This document shows positions 13,768 to 28,496 of a stretch of DNA of 64,000 bases, piece after piece; positions within the stretch are counted from its first letter, which is position 1, and each line of letters starts with the position of its first letter. The DNA comes from Eledone cirrhosa. Taxonomy: Eukaryota. The stretch covers positions 120,652,001 through 120,716,000 of the forward strand of contig OZ024741.1 of the NCBI GenBank assembly GCA_964016885.1, read 5' to 3'. The notes under the pieces are model-generated. The model saw nothing but the letters and a program-made list of their open reading frames with translations. It did no database searches and had not been told where the DNA came from. Made by a program: the position numbers and the translations under genes.

Positions 13768-16700
13768 GTACTTTATTCTATTCTTCATTCCTTTTGACCC
13801 CTTTCATACCAGGTAATTTGAAATTGTTCTGGTTCCCACAATTACAAAACTCCTTATATGTCTGGTTTCAATGGTGGTATGGGTTGGCTGGATCATCATA
13901 GTCTTGGTCTGTATTTTCTATAGTTCTAACTGGCATGTGTTGGACAGATCATCATAGTCTGTCTCAGTATTTTTCATATTTCTAATGGAACTCACTGGCC
14001 ATAATTAATTTTGAAAATAAATTAGGAATTGGAGGAATAGACATAGGTCTGTAAATCATAGGGAAGGCAAATCTATCTTGGAGGATAGTTGCTCCAATAA
14101 ATAAGACTACACAGAGTAGACGTGGGCTTTGTAAATCAGGGAAGACAATCTGTTTAGGAGGGCAGTTGCTCCAATGAATAAGACTACACAGAGTAGACGT
14201 GGGCTCCATAAGCCGTAATGAAAGGCAACCCTTCTAGGAGAGCAGACACTTCGAATACAAACTTGATACAAAGAGGAGAGGACTCTTAAGTCCTGTTAGC
14301 CAACCTCTGTAGTGTTGGTGGCACAAAGAATGCACCCAGTCCACGCTGTTAAGTGGTTGATAATAGGAAGGGCAGCCTGTTAGATAGACTGTATCTGTAA
14401 TTCAAAAGATCAACATTGTCACACACTGTTGTGTGCCAAATCTCACTGAGTATTATATTAAGGGTATGTGTGTCTGAAATGCTCAACCACTTACATATTA
14501 ATTTCATGAACACGCTGCTCTGTTGATCAAACAACTGGAACACTCTTTGTTGAAACTGATATTGTTATGCCTCTTGAATAAAGGAATATATTTGATCCAA
14601 ATGACAAGATCCCAGACTTCATTTGCTTACCAAATGGGGTGGAACTTGTCAGATTGGACCAAGGAAACAATGTTTTCCTTGGTTTTTCCAATTGCTCATA
14701 CTATCTATGAGTCACAGCTCCTGGTAGAAGGAGCTACTTGAAATAAAGTGTCTTGCTCAAGGACACAACTGCATCACCTGGCCCAGGAATCAAACTCACA
14801 ACCTTACTGATAGAATCAAATATTTTGTAGTATTTATTTCGGTACTCTGCTAAATCGCACCAAGGCCAATTTTGCTTTTCATACTATTTGGGATTGACAA
14901 ATACAGTACCATCCTTGGGGTGGTAGATTGGTGGAATCAAATCATCAGATGGAATGCCTTACAGTATCTGTTCCAGCCCTGTATATTCTGAGTTCAAATT
15001 ACACTTCCTGTTCCCAAAAAATTATGATTCCGCCAGGAGTTGCGGCGAACAGATAGTGTCATCAATGGAAACATGTTTTCCTTGGTCCTGTCAAAGATTA
15101 GCCCTTTCCTTCTCATTATATCTTGTACCATTCATTGAATTTAGATGTTGTCAGTAGCTAAAAGAGGGTAATATTTCAGTTAAGCTGATATTTCCTGCTG
15201 AACAATGGGCGACACCACTTGTGATTTTAAAATCATTTTGAAAATAATCAAGAATTTGGAGGGATTTAATAATATAGTTAACCTTTGTATGAAGCCAATT
15301 TTTGGATCATAACTTAACAAAGGTTCTTAGGTAAAACTACAGTGGAAGGTTTTTATATAAGTATAATGAACATCCTCATTGTTTTTCTGTCCACTTTCCC
15401 ATGCTGGCATGGCTTAGGCGGGATGTTTTAAGATACTGTTTTACAGTTGGAGGCCCTTCCTGACATCAACACTTTTAGTTGCCTCTTACGACATGCAAAG
15501 ATAGGGTGTACCTATTCTAGAAACTGGAACACATGTAGTATTGATACACAACGCAAGTAGGTTTGTATTGTAGAACTGGGGTGGGTTAGAGTTAGTGTAG
15601 AGGCATGTGGCCTAATGGTAAATCTGTTGGACATACGATCATAATGTCATGGGTTTGATTTCTGAACTGGGTTGTGTGTTGTGTTGTGGACCAAAACACT
15701 TCATTTCACATTTCTCCTCCAGTATAATCAGTTGAAAATGAGTACCAGCAGCAGCTGGCGGTTTAACTCTGCGATGGACATCATGTCCAGTGGGGAAATT
15801 TTGTACTCAGTCTTTTAATGCCACAGAAACTGGTATAAGCACCAGCCTGATGAGCTTCTGGGATCAAAACAGAGTTGAAACTTTAGGAATGGAGGTTTAA
15901 AACAGTTTGATATCAAAAGGGCTAAAATCCCATTAGATGCCACCTAAAAACCAGGGGCTTACTGAATCTTCAACAACATTGTAGAGGAAATGGAGAACTA
16001 AAATAACAAATGGTTGATATTCATTTTATTGATATATATATATATCATCATCACTGTTTTACAACCTTTCTTCCATGCTAGTATGGGTTAGAAAAGTTGT
16101 CCTGTTGTGGACAATACCAGGTCAGGTGACCATAGCCTATGATATATATATAACACAAACACACATGGCTTAAAATCAATAATATTGAACACTTTTTGTT
16201 ATTCATTTTATTGATATATATATATATATATATATAATACACACACACACGGCTTAAAATCAATAATATTGATTTTTTTTATACAAAATTGTTTGTAGGA
16301 TTGGTATACCAATCAATTATATCTGGGGAATATATTTCATACAGGTTTCAGCTAGCTGAGTCAATACCGTCTCATCTGACCAGTTATTAACATTTCATAT
16401 GGTAACACTAATATAACATTCTTACAACACTGGTTGGAGGCAACTTTACATTTTATCCTTGCAGGGTTAATAAATTCAAGTGCCAATCCGGGGTGGTTAA
16501 TCCATCACTCTGGACTGGTTTTATTGACCCTGAAAGGATGAAAAGTAAAGATGATTTCAATAAAATTTGAATTCAGGTGGTAGAGAACCGGAACAAATAC
16601 TGTCTTAGGTTCTAATGCAGCATTTCCCAAACTACGGGTCTGTTAGTTAAGTTCAAAATTTCACATACTTTAATAAAACAATTTACACACTATTGGGTAT

Positions 16701-17224
16701 CTATTCATCTCTAACCCGTTAGCATATACATTTACTCTATATTTACTGTTATATTTTCACGGCATTTAATTCTTTCGTTGCCACATTTCTAATGAAATAC
16801 ACTACCTATGTTTTTCAATTAATTTTGAAAATAATAAAATATTTAGAGGAATTTAATAAAGTAACTAACTCTTTCATTAATAAGCTGATATTTAGAACAT
16901 AAAGATTTTTTAAATATAATTATTATGGAAGGATTTATTTTAAGTATAAATATTTTAAAATGCTCAGTTTTGTATCATAAACACAGGGTAGTTTCAGGCA
17001 GTTTATCAAAAAGGTTAAATAAAAGTAGTGAAAAGACTAGGGACCTCTACTCTAATGATTGCCAGTTTGCAACCTTAAAAGAATCTTGTCAGAAGTGTGA
17101 CTCATATCAATATAACCAATCTAGTTTTGCATGCATGAAGTAATGTCTTTATCCTTTTCTATATCAAACTACTCTCTGCTTTTACAATTCTAAGCTGTAT
17201 ATTTTAAAGTGTTTATATTTAATA

Positions 17225-20112
17225 TAATAATAATAATGAAATTATTGTGTACAGTGCTCAGGTGCACTACAACTCATCAAAGGTGCATGTATAGTACATA
17301 GAATAATGTACAAATGTCAGGAAAATGAACAGTGTATGAGTCATGATATAATAATAATAATAATGAAATATTGTGTACAGTGCCCAGGTGCACCACAACT
17401 CATCAAAAAGTGCATGTACAGTACATAGGGCAATGCACAAACATCAGTAAAATGAACAGTGCACGAGTCATGATACACACGTGTGCATGTGTATGAAAGG
17501 GGTACATCAGGTGTAGTTTTGGCGTATTTCGGGAAGCATGAGTGTCTTTAAGGATGCAGTGTCTCGGCAGCTAACAACTGACGCAGGCAGTTTGTTCCAT
17601 GCTTCAGCAACTCTGAGCGTGAAAAAATGTCTACGAAAGTCATGGGAGCTGTGCTGTTTTCTGATTTTGTAGGCATGTCCACGTGTGTTAGACATATGGA
17701 GATCAAAAAGGTGCTCAGGGTTGCAATTGGCGAGATGGTTAATAACTTTGTGGGTATTCACCAAGTCCATTGCCAGACGTCGGAGCTTCAATGAATCCAT
17801 GCCCAGGGAAGCAAGGCGTTCAGAGTATGGTAGGTGTCTGATGGAGGGTATGCACTTGGTTGCACGTCTCTGAACAGTTTCCAGGAGGTCAATGTTCTGA
17901 GCAAGGTAGGGGTTCCAGACTGATGATGCGAATTCCAAGTGTGGTCGTACCATAGCTGTATACAGTTTTAAATAGATGGCTGGTGAGCGGCTAACAAAGG
18001 TCTTGCTGAGTGATGCCAAGACACCCTCGGCCTTCTTGACAATCTTAGAGACATGCGTTGTCCAACGCAAATCGCTGCTGACAGTAATGCCCAGGTTACG
18101 TTCACAAGAGGACTTCTTGATATCAGTGTTGTGGAGGGAGTATGTGGACGCTGGATTTTTCCTTCCAAAATGCATGGTGGTACACTTGTCCACAGCCAGC
18201 TTCAGTTGCCAGTCTGTGATCCATTGCTGCATTGTGTCCAGGTCTGATTGTAGGAAAGAGTTGTAAATTTCAGGATCAGTCCTTTTGATTTCAAGGTACA
18301 GCTTGATGTCATCTGCATATTTCAGTACCGTGGCATTCTGTAAGTTGGCATCTTTGTCATTAATATATGCCACAAACAAAAGGGGACCAAGAACAGATCC
18401 CTGTGGTACACCAGATGACATCTCATATGGTGAAGAATGCTGTCCTAGAACCGTGACTATTTCTTTTCGGCTGAGAATGAAGGATGTCAACCAGTCGAAA
18501 AGATCATCCCTCACACCCATTGCAGAGAGTTTTGCCATAAGTCTTTTGTGTGGCACAGAATTAAAAGCCTTAGCAAAGTCAAGGTAAACAACATCCACCC
18601 ATGAGCCGCTGTCAGTGATCCGTGTGATGTCTTCAAGGAACTCGATAAGCTGATCACAGCAGCTGGAGTTAGGGATAAATCCAAACTGTGAGGGCCGGAT
18701 GAGGCTGTGAGAGCTTCAGAAGTTCCAAAGTGTTTCTCTGACACAGGATTCCATCAGTTTGGCCATACAGCTAGTAAGACTGACTGGACGATAGTTGACA
18801 GGTGACATGCGGTTGCCCTTTTTGAACAGAGGAATGACACTGGCAGTTTTCCACTGCTCCGGAGTAGCACCATTGTTGAGACAGTATTGAAAGAAGAAAG
18901 AAAGCTGGCGCAAAAGGAAATACCCGCCACGTTTGAGAAGCAGGTATGTCACACCATGAAGACCAGGGGAGGCATAGTTGCGCTTATTCTTAAGGTGACG
19001 TTGCAACATTGCAGGTGTAAATTCCATAGTTATGGAATTTGATGTTAGAGATGGTGGAGATGGTACATTCTGGTTTTCAACAGTAAAAATACTTGCATAG
19101 CACTCAGCAATGAGTTCTGCACATTCTTTGGGATCGTCAGTGATCTGGCTTGTGTGGGGATTGCGAAGAGGACCAACTGGAGAGTGAGGTCTCTGCTTTG
19201 AATGAACATATTTCCAGAACACCTTACTGTCAGGATTGGTTGCTATGCACTGTTCAAATTAAAGCACTGCCTTCTTTGTCACTTGCTTGATATGGTTAGA
19301 AGATTTATTCCGCTTTTTTCTGTTGGCATCTGATTTATGCAGTTTATATTCCCGTTCAGCGTTCCGACATTCTTTCCTGGCAAGTCGGACCGCTGAAGTT
19401 TCTCAAATTGCACTTTTGGGGTGGTTATTTTTCTGCTTACGTGGCACCGATGCTGCACACGCTATCAATATTGAGTCCAGGATGCTCTGGAGTATAGTGT
19501 TCACATCTCCAGAGTTATACATCTCATGCCAGTTTGGGCGCTGTAGTTCAGTGCAGTACAAGTTCCAATCCGCTCTGTTCCAATCAAAGCAAGCAGATTG
19601 GAGATGGCTCTGGTTTTTGTTGCTGCCCTCAAGTGCCAGATTGGCAATGATCATAGCATGATCAGAGCTGCCTAGAGGTTCCTCAGTAGTACAACTGATA
19701 ACCACTTCAGGAGTAGTGGTGAAGATCAGGTCCAAAGGGTTGTCACTTCTTGTGACCAGTTTGAGTCCAGCACTAGTTCAAGGAAATCGTTTGCACCTTG
19801 TGGCCAACGAAAGGTTTCCCAATTGATCTCAGGATGATTGAAGTCACCTGCAATAAACACATAAGTGGCTGTTTTCTTGGCAGCAACTCTGAGGATATCG
19901 CAAAGCTGTGTGTCCTGATGGTAGTTTGGGGGGCGATAAACAACACCAAGCAGAAGTGTTGACATGGTCATATGTATGTCACAGAAAAAAACTTCTTCCT
20001 GTGATTCATTCAAATCAACGCAAGGAATTACCGAAAAGTTTGAACGAACGTAGACCATCACACCACCACCACGGCGATTAATGCGGTCCTTGCGGAAAAG
20101 GTTGTACCCATC
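17225..20112 (-). mobile_element. 5'-truncated CR1-group LINE (APE endonuclease + RT), decayed
   Basis: GYNLFRKDR..RGGGV, VYRPP, GDFN, SDH, NYRPVSLTS, YLDFAKAF, GVPQGSVLGPLLF, YADD, RPHLEFA; stops and frameshifts; duplicated 3' UTR with (TTA)n tail. Confidence 0.93.
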
Positions 20113-22277
20113 ATAATTTTATGTAAGAACCATTATCTTCTAAACACCAGCTTTTTTGTAAATAATCACCAGTTTGAGGGGATCTCATGTCACTTTCTCA
20201 TTAAGTTGGTAGTTGGAACATAGCTTAACAAAGGATCTTATATAAAATGATGTGAAGTTTTTTTTATGAATATATACACTTTAAAATAAACAGCTTTGTA
20301 TGATAAAAACCAAGGTTGGTTTTAAACAGTTTGGTGTCACAAGGGTTAATAAATAAGAAAGTTAGTTTTCATCTTTTTATGTCTGTATGAGTTGGACATG
20401 TCTTTTAACATAATTTTTGGCAGGGTTTTTCTGGCTGGATGCCTTTTCTATCACCAACCACTTTATAGTGTAGACTGGGTGCATTTTATTATTCCACCAG
20501 CTCACTTGAGGCTCTCTGACAGAACTTAAGGTTTCTTTCTACCATGAATCAGTTTTTATTTGAAAGTCATGATAAAATGCTCACAGTACAATTTGTAAAG
20601 TGGTTGGCATTAGGAAGGTCATCCAGTTGTAGAAACCATGCTCCCAGAACCTGCTGTAAAGTGGTTGGAGTTAGGATAGGGTATCCAGCTTTAGAAATCA
20701 TGCTGACAGCCGTCTAACCCATGCAAACATGGAAAATAGACATTAAATGATGATGATGATGACTGTTCTCCTAAATGGGTCGCCTTCACTATGGCATACA
20801 GAGCTCACGCCTGCTACATTATATCACTAAGTCCCTCCAAATTCTTAATTATTTTCAAAATTAATTGAAAATCATACAGCAGTATCTTTCATTAGAAATA
20901 TGGCAATGGAAGGATTAAATGTAGTACCCAAAGATTACTGTAGGTTGATCTGGCATGAACCACTATCATTTACATCAACATCTTATCAAGTTGCTATTTG
21001 TTTTAAGGAAGATATATAGACTTTTTTTTACTAGTTTAATCCATTCAACTTTTGTCATGATGCGGCATTACTTGAAAGAGATTTTGTTCATATTGTACCC
21101 TGTCACTCATTTATTTGAAGTCTTTTCTTGAACTGCTAAGTTACAAAACAGACACGCACATAGGTGTGATTGTACAGTGGGTTTCTACATAATTTATCTC
21201 TACCACATTTTATTCACAAGGCATTGGTCAATCTGTGGCTATAGTAGAAGACACAGCCAAACTGCAGAGGGAGTAGACATGAAACCACATGTTTGTGGAA
21301 CAAACTCCTTAACAATGCCTGCAACAGGTTAATCCTGTAACTGGTGCAGCCAATTGTTGGGGTGCCACTCTAGATGCTTTTGTAATCAGCTGTTGCCACT
21401 GGTCTTTATTCTGTCATGGATAGAAGGGTCTTGGTGTTGTCGTCAGTCCAGTCTTTGATATTGTCGGACTAGGATTTTCTTTGTCTACCTCACCTTCACC
21501 CTCCTTTGACTGCCCTAAAGGATAGTTTTAGACAAGCAGTTGTGCTGGGCTACATGACCATACCAGGAAAGCTGGGTTTTCACCATCACAAGGAGTGGTT
21601 CCTGTCTGCCAGCATATTTGTTAACTTGCTGCCTGATAAAGCTGTTTGTTTTGTACTCCGTGTACAGCACATTTTAAAGGGTTCCTACTTAAATTAAAAT
21701 CTTCCAATATAATTTTAGTAAATCCCTTAAAATTCATTATTAATTAATTGAAATAGTGTATTTCATTAGAAATACTGTTACAAAAGGGTTAAACACCCAG
21801 CCTACTTGTGTTTTGCCTTTTATGCCCAGTTAACACTTAACATCCTGTCATGATTCAGCAGAAAATATTTAAAAATCAGTTTGTTAATTGAAATGTTTAT
21901 GGTACCTTTACTAGTGGACAGATTGTAATGAAAACTTGAGTAAGCTAAAGTAAGGATTTTACTTTTAATGTAATGCAGTCATAAGTGCTGGTTTGTACTT
22001 TTCCAGAATGTCTTGTTAATGCGGTTTCAGGTCAGTATCAGTTGTGTTAGACAAAATAGTTTACAGTATTTAATTACTACTTGCTGTGTTCTGGATTCAA
22101 AACTCACCAAAGTAATCTTTACCATTCATCCTTCTACAGTAGATACAATAAATTACAAGTTACATACTGGTATCAATATAATCGGCTTTCCACCAGTGTT
22201 AAAAAGAATTATTTAATGAATGTTTCTCTTTAAGTTTTCTTTCTAAATGTTTCAATATCAACTTTTTAATATTTCAG

Positions 22278-22371
22278 TTCTGTCCCAGGAGTCTTTGGTG
22301 TTGCTCAGAATCAGCATCTGGATACTATTAAAAGAATGTTAGGCTTGTGTTTACAAGACAAATCTATTGAT
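22278..22371 (+). CDS. IPO5: IPO5 visible exon 4
   Basis: tttcag|T...GAT|gtaagt; SVPGVFGVAQNQHLDTIKRMLGLCLQDKSID. Confidence 0.93.
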
Positions 22372-22615
22372 GTAAGTAGAGTTTTTTTCTGATTTTCCCC
22401 TCTGTTTCTTTTATTTATTATTTTTATTAACTAAGGCAGTTGATTGGTAATATCTGTAGGGCGTTAAACAACATGCTTTGCAGCATATAGTTATGGCCCT
22501 TTACATTCTGAGTTCAAATCCTGCTGAGGTTTGCTTTGTCTTTCACCTTTAGGAGGTCAATAAAATAAACGCACAAGGCTCGATTTAATCGACTTTCTCG
22601 TCCCCTAAAATTGTT

Positions 22616-22962
22616 GGAGGCACATGGCTTAGTGGTTAGAGCATTGGCCTTGCAATCGAAAGGTTGTGAGTTCAATTCTCAGACTGGGTGATGTGTTGTT
22701 TCTTTGAGCAAGATACTTTATTTCACATTGTTCCAGTTTACTCAGCTGTAGAAATGAGATGATAGGGACTGGGGTCCATATCATTCCACTGCAAAGTGGT
22801 CGTGGAGGTGCCACGGCAAAAAAGCACCCAGCACTCACTGTAAATGAGGTTGGTGTTAGGAAGGGCATCCAGCTGTAGAAATCAGACCAAAAAATCAGTT
22901 CCCGTCCCACCCTTGCAAGCAGGGAAAAAGCGGACATAAAATGAAATGATGATGATGATGAT
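22616..22962 (+). mobile_element. tRNA-derived CORE-like SINE with RTE-derived tail
   Basis: A box TGGCTTAGTGG, B box GAGTTCAATTC, CORE-like TTGAGCAAGATACTT...CAGCTGTAGAAATGAG, 3' end matching the RTE 3' UTR and (ATG)n. Confidence 0.8.
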
Positions 22963-23718
22963 GTGTCTAAATCAGAAGCCATTATTTTATTTAAGGTTGT
23001 AGATTGGCAGTATTGGTAGAACGTCAGACAACATGCTTTGCAGCATATTGTTACGGCCTTTTGAGTTCAAATCCCACTTAGGTTAGCTTTGCTTTTCATC
23101 CTTATGGGCTTGATAAAATAAGGTGCCAGTAATGCACTAGGGTTGATTTAATTGACTGGCTCCTTCCCTTCAAATTGCAGGCCTTGTGCCAAATGTAAAA
23201 ACAATTATTTCAATTTATTAATTCTAAAGCAAATCAGGCAGTGAATTGGCAGAATCATTAGTATCTCAGATATAGTGCTTTATGGTGTTTGTTCTGTCTC
23301 TATTCACTTCGAGTTCAAATCCCATCAAAATGAACTTTGCCTTTCATCCTTTTGAGGTTAAAAAAAAAAACTATCAATCCAGTATTGGGGTTAATTCTTC
23401 TTCTATATCTCTGTCGCTCTTTCTGTATCTTTCTCCTTCCTTAGAAGAAATCAGCTGTGTTCAACCTGGAGGGGCCTGGACTCTGCCAGATTTAAAGTAC
23501 ATGAGGCATGCCATGTGTCTACAACTCCAGCATGAGTTATGGGTCCATATATATATGTATATACACACACACACAATTTTACAGTCCTCACCGGAGCAAG
23601 GTGCGACACATGGCCAACCAGACTTGCCTCCTGGCGTGGACGACCTGTTTAACCCATGCAAGCGTGGAGAAATTGACGTTAAACATGAATGATGATTTGT
23701 TTATTTGTATTTTGTCAG

Positions 23719-23823
23719 GTTCGGTATGAAGCTGTGCGAGCTGCAACTGCATTTATAATAGCTAATGAAAAACAAATAAATGTTCTAAACCACTTCAGAG
23801 AACTTCTTCCCGGTATTATAAAT
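23719..23823 (+). CDS. IPO5: IPO5 visible exon 5
   Basis: gtcag|GTT...AAT|gtaagt; VRYEAVRAATAFIIANEKQINVLNHFRELLPGIIN. Confidence 0.93.
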
Positions 23824-24126
23824 GTAAGTTATTGCTGAATCTTTTACTCTTTTCACTGTCACCCTTTCTGCCACCCTCCCACTGCAATTACTGTTTCTCC
23901 CACTAAATTATTGCTTGCTTAACCCATCCAGCCAGTAAAACCACGTCAAAACTATGCAAAGTATATGTCCAACCTATGTAAGTGTGGAACAATATGTAAA
24001 GTAATGATGACGATGATGATATATTATATACATGAGCATGTTAACCAATTGTTCTACAAGAGTGGTTGGGTTAGTGGGCATATACATATATTCAATTATT
24101 ATTATTGTTGCTCTTTATGTCTATAG

Positions 24127-24252
24127 GGAGTTGCAGAAAGTGTAAATTCTGATCATGAAGATTGCCTTCTTAAATGTATGATTGAACTGGCTGACAATGT
24201 ACCGAAATTCCTACGAAGTCATTTAGAATTAATCCTACCATTCTGTATGAAG
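24127..24252 (+). CDS. IPO5: IPO5 visible exon 6
   Basis: ctatag|GGA...AAG|gtaact; GVAESVNSDHEDCLLKCMIELADNVPKFLRSHLELILPFCMK. Confidence 0.93.
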
Positions 24253-26109
24253 GTAACTAATGGTTTTTCTCATTATTTTTTTTTTTTTTTTTTTTTTTTG
24301 TTCCTTTGCCTCTTCATTTTAATCCTTTTGGTACCAACTAAAACTGCCTCTGGTTTTATGGAAATAAAAAAAAATCCCTATTTTAAAGTATTTCTATTTA
24401 GATTTAAATCTTCCAACATAATTTTATATGAGAGATTTTTATATTACAAATACCATCTTAATAAAGAAATAATAATTTCAGTAAATCCTTCCAAATTTTA
24501 CATTAATTGATTGAAATGCAGTAACAATAGAAATATGGTAACAAAAGGGTTAATTTACTTAGTCTGTTTTTTTTCTCAAGCAGGCAGTGAATTGTTAAGG
24601 TGTCAGATAGAATGTCTTGTGGTATTTGTTCTGGCCCTCTGTACCCTGAAGTTACAATTTCATAGAGACCAACTTAGCCTTTCAGCCCATTCGAGGTTGG
24701 TAAAATAAAGTATGGCAGGGGATTAATGGAATTGTTAGAGTCTTGTGGTATTTGTTCCAACACTTTATACTATGAATTCCAATCCCACCGATGGCCAGGG
24801 CTGATCACCTAGTCACAGGACCACAACTGACAAAATCTGCAATGTATGGCTGTCTGTTACTGTAGTCAGATAAGAATTCTCATGAATATTTGGTGTCTTC
24901 TGTTCAAGTGTTTTGTTCTTCTTCTCATCTGATTCTTTTTGTTTTGGCCATCGACTGGATTCTCTGAAGGGCAACAGAAAATAAGGGGGTTGACTGGCTA
25001 GAGGAACAAAAACTCTCAGACCTTGACTTTGCAGATGATATTGCAATAACGGAGAAAAATATATCCAACTTGCAGTATCCCAAGTGAGAGACATGTTAAG
25101 CAAGTCTTGTATTGGTACCCTCACAGAAGAGATGAACTGGCAGCAGACAATCAACAGGGACATTAAACTCCCCATTAAAAGTTGGAATGATGTATTGATA
25201 GATGCAACTGACCATAATCATTGGAGCACTTTGGCTGCCTCATCCTTCTCAAGATACAGGAGCTTCTAAGCTAAGCTAGGTTAAGCATCTCAAAACTATG
25301 ATGTTCTAGTGATTGTTTTTCAATTTGATACAAGGTGCAGAAGGCTCTAAGGCCAGAAAAATACACTTGACCCATATTTCTTCATTTTTACTGTGTCTAT
25401 TCAATTTAAAATAGGTGCATTGTATTCTTGTATGCCAAGAGGTGATTAAAAGGGTCGGTGTCAAGAAGAGGATCCATCCGTAAAACAAAACATTATCTCA
25501 AAAAAAGGATCCCAAGATGGGTATGCAACTGTCTTAAGCTCGGTAATAGTCGAGTATTGTCTAGTGGTTAGGGCATTGAATTTTTCATGAGTCCCGACAA
25601 AGCTGACCCCTGCTTTAACATGGAAAATGCCCTTAAAACAGTTATTGTTGTCGTTCATTTGCAGTAATTTAAAGCATTTGGTGTAGAAAATACCTATGGT
25701 AATGTATTTCTATAATAGTTATTTACACAAGAGACATGGCTTGTTTTGTATCTTTAAGAGGTGTTCATTATGAATGGTAATATTCTTCGAAATAAAACCA
25801 ACATATGTCAGGTGTAATTACTACACTACACCACCAAACCACCACAACACAAAACTACACATCACCACCAGACTAAACTACTCCACCAAACTGCACTACA
25901 CAATAACCAACACACCACCAACACCATCTAATTTTGTGCTACACCATCACACCAGATCAAACTACATGACAAACAACACGCCATCTGATGGCACCACACC
26001 ACACTACACTACATGATAAACAACACACCATAGAATCATCACTGTTGAAAAGATAAAGTCCTGTAATAATAAAGATTTGATGAAGTTTGTCTGTTTGTTT
26101 TATCTTTAG

Positions 26110-26230
26110 GTAGTGTCCAATCGAGAAGCTGATGATCACCGCCGGCAACTAGCACTGGAAGTGATTGTTGCTTTATCAGAGACAGCTCCTGCTATGGTCC
26201 GCAAAAACTGGAAATACATCCCAAATTTAG
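26110..26230 (+). CDS. IPO5: IPO5 visible exon 7
   Basis: ctttag|GTA...TTAG|gtgagt; VVSNREADDHRRQLALEVIVALSETAPAMVRKNWKYIPNL. Confidence 0.95.
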
Positions 26231-27675
26231 GTGAGTTACATTTCCTCTCACATGGAGAGACCCTGGCTAACAAAAAAGGCCTCAATGTCAAGGCATCTAA
26301 TCTATGCTAGCATGGAAAATGAGGATGATGAGGAGTACCAGCAAGTGCTTGAAGTTAACCCTTTCAAATTACTGTCATCCATCAAGTCTTTTCATGATGG
26401 GACTGTGGCCCCTATCATTAAACAAATCCAAGAAAATTCCTATGTCGCAAGGTTAGTTAAACCTACATAGGTTTGAGCTGTAACAATAACACAGGTAAAC
26501 AATGGCTTCATCTATTGACTGTTGATGAGTGATGCTGCTGCTGTATTGGAAACAACAAACGTGTGCTATTCCACATTGTAAATATAGCTTTTGAATGAGT
26601 GTTAATGTTTGGTTAAGTCATTGAACCCTTTTGATACAAAACCAACTGAAACCGCCCAAAACTTTAACCAGGCACTGACCATAAAAGATCTTACAAGCCA
26701 GATATGTTTTTAAACCGCTTCTCCCCCCCCCCCCAACCCTTATGAGCACTATGACATCCTGTAAGGATTTAGCAGAAAATATCTATAAACAGGTTTATTA
26801 ATTCAGATGTTTATAGTGTCTTTACTAGTCAACTGATCATTCTGAAAATTTTCAGTAAACTAAAGATTAAAGATTTAAATTTTTTATCTGAAGCAGTCAT
26901 TGTGCTGTTTTGTAAATAATGAGAAAGTTAGTTATATTACTAAATCACTCCAAATACTCAGTTATTTGAAAATCATAGGTAGTGTTTCATTAGAAATATA
27001 ATGATCAGGTTAAAATGTTGGTCTACCGTGTCAATGATTGAAAATCCAAACCTATATATGTTTCAATTAACTTTGAAAATTATCAAAAATGTGGAAGAAT
27101 TAATTAATACCTTTTCATAAAGCCAATGTTTGGAATACTACTTAACAAAAATTTCTTTAAAGATTTTGATGGAAGGCTTTTACATAAATATGAATATTTC
27201 AAAATAGGAAACTTTGTATCATAAAACCAAAGTAGTTTCAGGTGAATTGGTTATTAAGGAAATTAAAGTTTTTATTCCAATACTGCAGATTTTTAGAATC
27301 GTCTGTCCCCTAGTAAAGACAAACACGAATTAACAAACCTGGTTTTAGATATTTCCTGCTAAATCATTACAGGATGTTCAGATAAGAGAGTGTTGCAGTT
27401 TGCTTGAAGCATTGTGTAAAGTATAGAAAATAGTGTTCTGTTTGAAAGCTATGGCAATGAGAATTGGATGGCAAATGTTAAAAATACGATAACAATGATG
27501 TCAGGTTGTTATCTTGCAGTTCTTTATGGGACCTATAAAGAACTGCAAGATACCATCCCAACATCACTCATATTGTGGTCGCTTTCAAACAAAGCACTAT
27601 TTTTTAGGATGTTAAGAGTTAATAGTGCATAAGTTATCTTTTCTTAATTTTGTCTTTTTTTTTCTTTTTGCTCAG

Positions 27676-27763
27676 TTCCTGAAACGCTGGCACTTATGGT
27701 AGACCTTGAAGAAGATCCTGATTGGGCTCAAAAAGATGATGCTGATGATGATGACATAGAGAG
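27676..27763 (+). CDS. IPO5: IPO5 visible exon 8
   Basis: ctcag|TT...AG|gtatag; PETLALMVDLEEDPDWAQKDDADDDDIE (acidic loop). Confidence 0.94.
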
Positions 27764-28253
27764 GTATAGTATATAGAATGTCCTATTTTATACTCACCCA
27801 ACCAAAATTGACTCTGGTTTTATGAAACCACATCACCTATTTTAAAGGGTCCCTATTTAAATTAAAATCTTTTATATAAGAACTGTATATTAAGTTACTA
27901 TCTTTGTAATGGAATAATAATTATTTTGCAAAAATTCTTAATGCTGTAAGGATTCATCAGAAAATATCTAAAATTGTTTATAGTATATTTACTCGTGGAC
28001 AGATTATTTTAAAGATTTACAGTATTAAAGCAAAGCCCTTAATTTTTAATGTGATTCAGTGCTGTTTTGTATTTAAGAATGTCTTGCTAAAGTGGTTTCT
28101 TTTGAGGAAGGGATATTATCCCAAAATATTAAGGACTAATTAATTAAACATCTCCAAAGTAATTTCAACAATTTGTTAACATTTAATGTCTTATTTCCAT
28201 TGCTGTAGCCTTCTAAAAAAACTTACATGCTTCAAGCAAAAAAAACACGCTCT

Positions 28254-28295
<42 letters not shown>

Positions 28296-28496
28296 ACACA
28301 AGTTTACATGTTAACACATATCTTAGGAGTTTCCGATTCTAGAGTTAGGTTCGATCATTGATAGATCGTTCCTCGAGCTGATTGACATATAATATGTAAT
28401 AACATATAATATGTATAATGTAACATATAATATGTAATTAAATATGTATATGATGCAACACTGATTCTTTGTTCCCTTATATATTACTATTATATA

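Noticed and set aside
22616-22690. tRNA-like sequence
   Set aside because: SINE head: A/B boxes but no complete cloverleaf, and it continues into CORE and LINE-derived tail
25815-26030. His/Thr-rich ORF
   Set aside because: Low-complexity (CACTA/CACCA)n simple repeat
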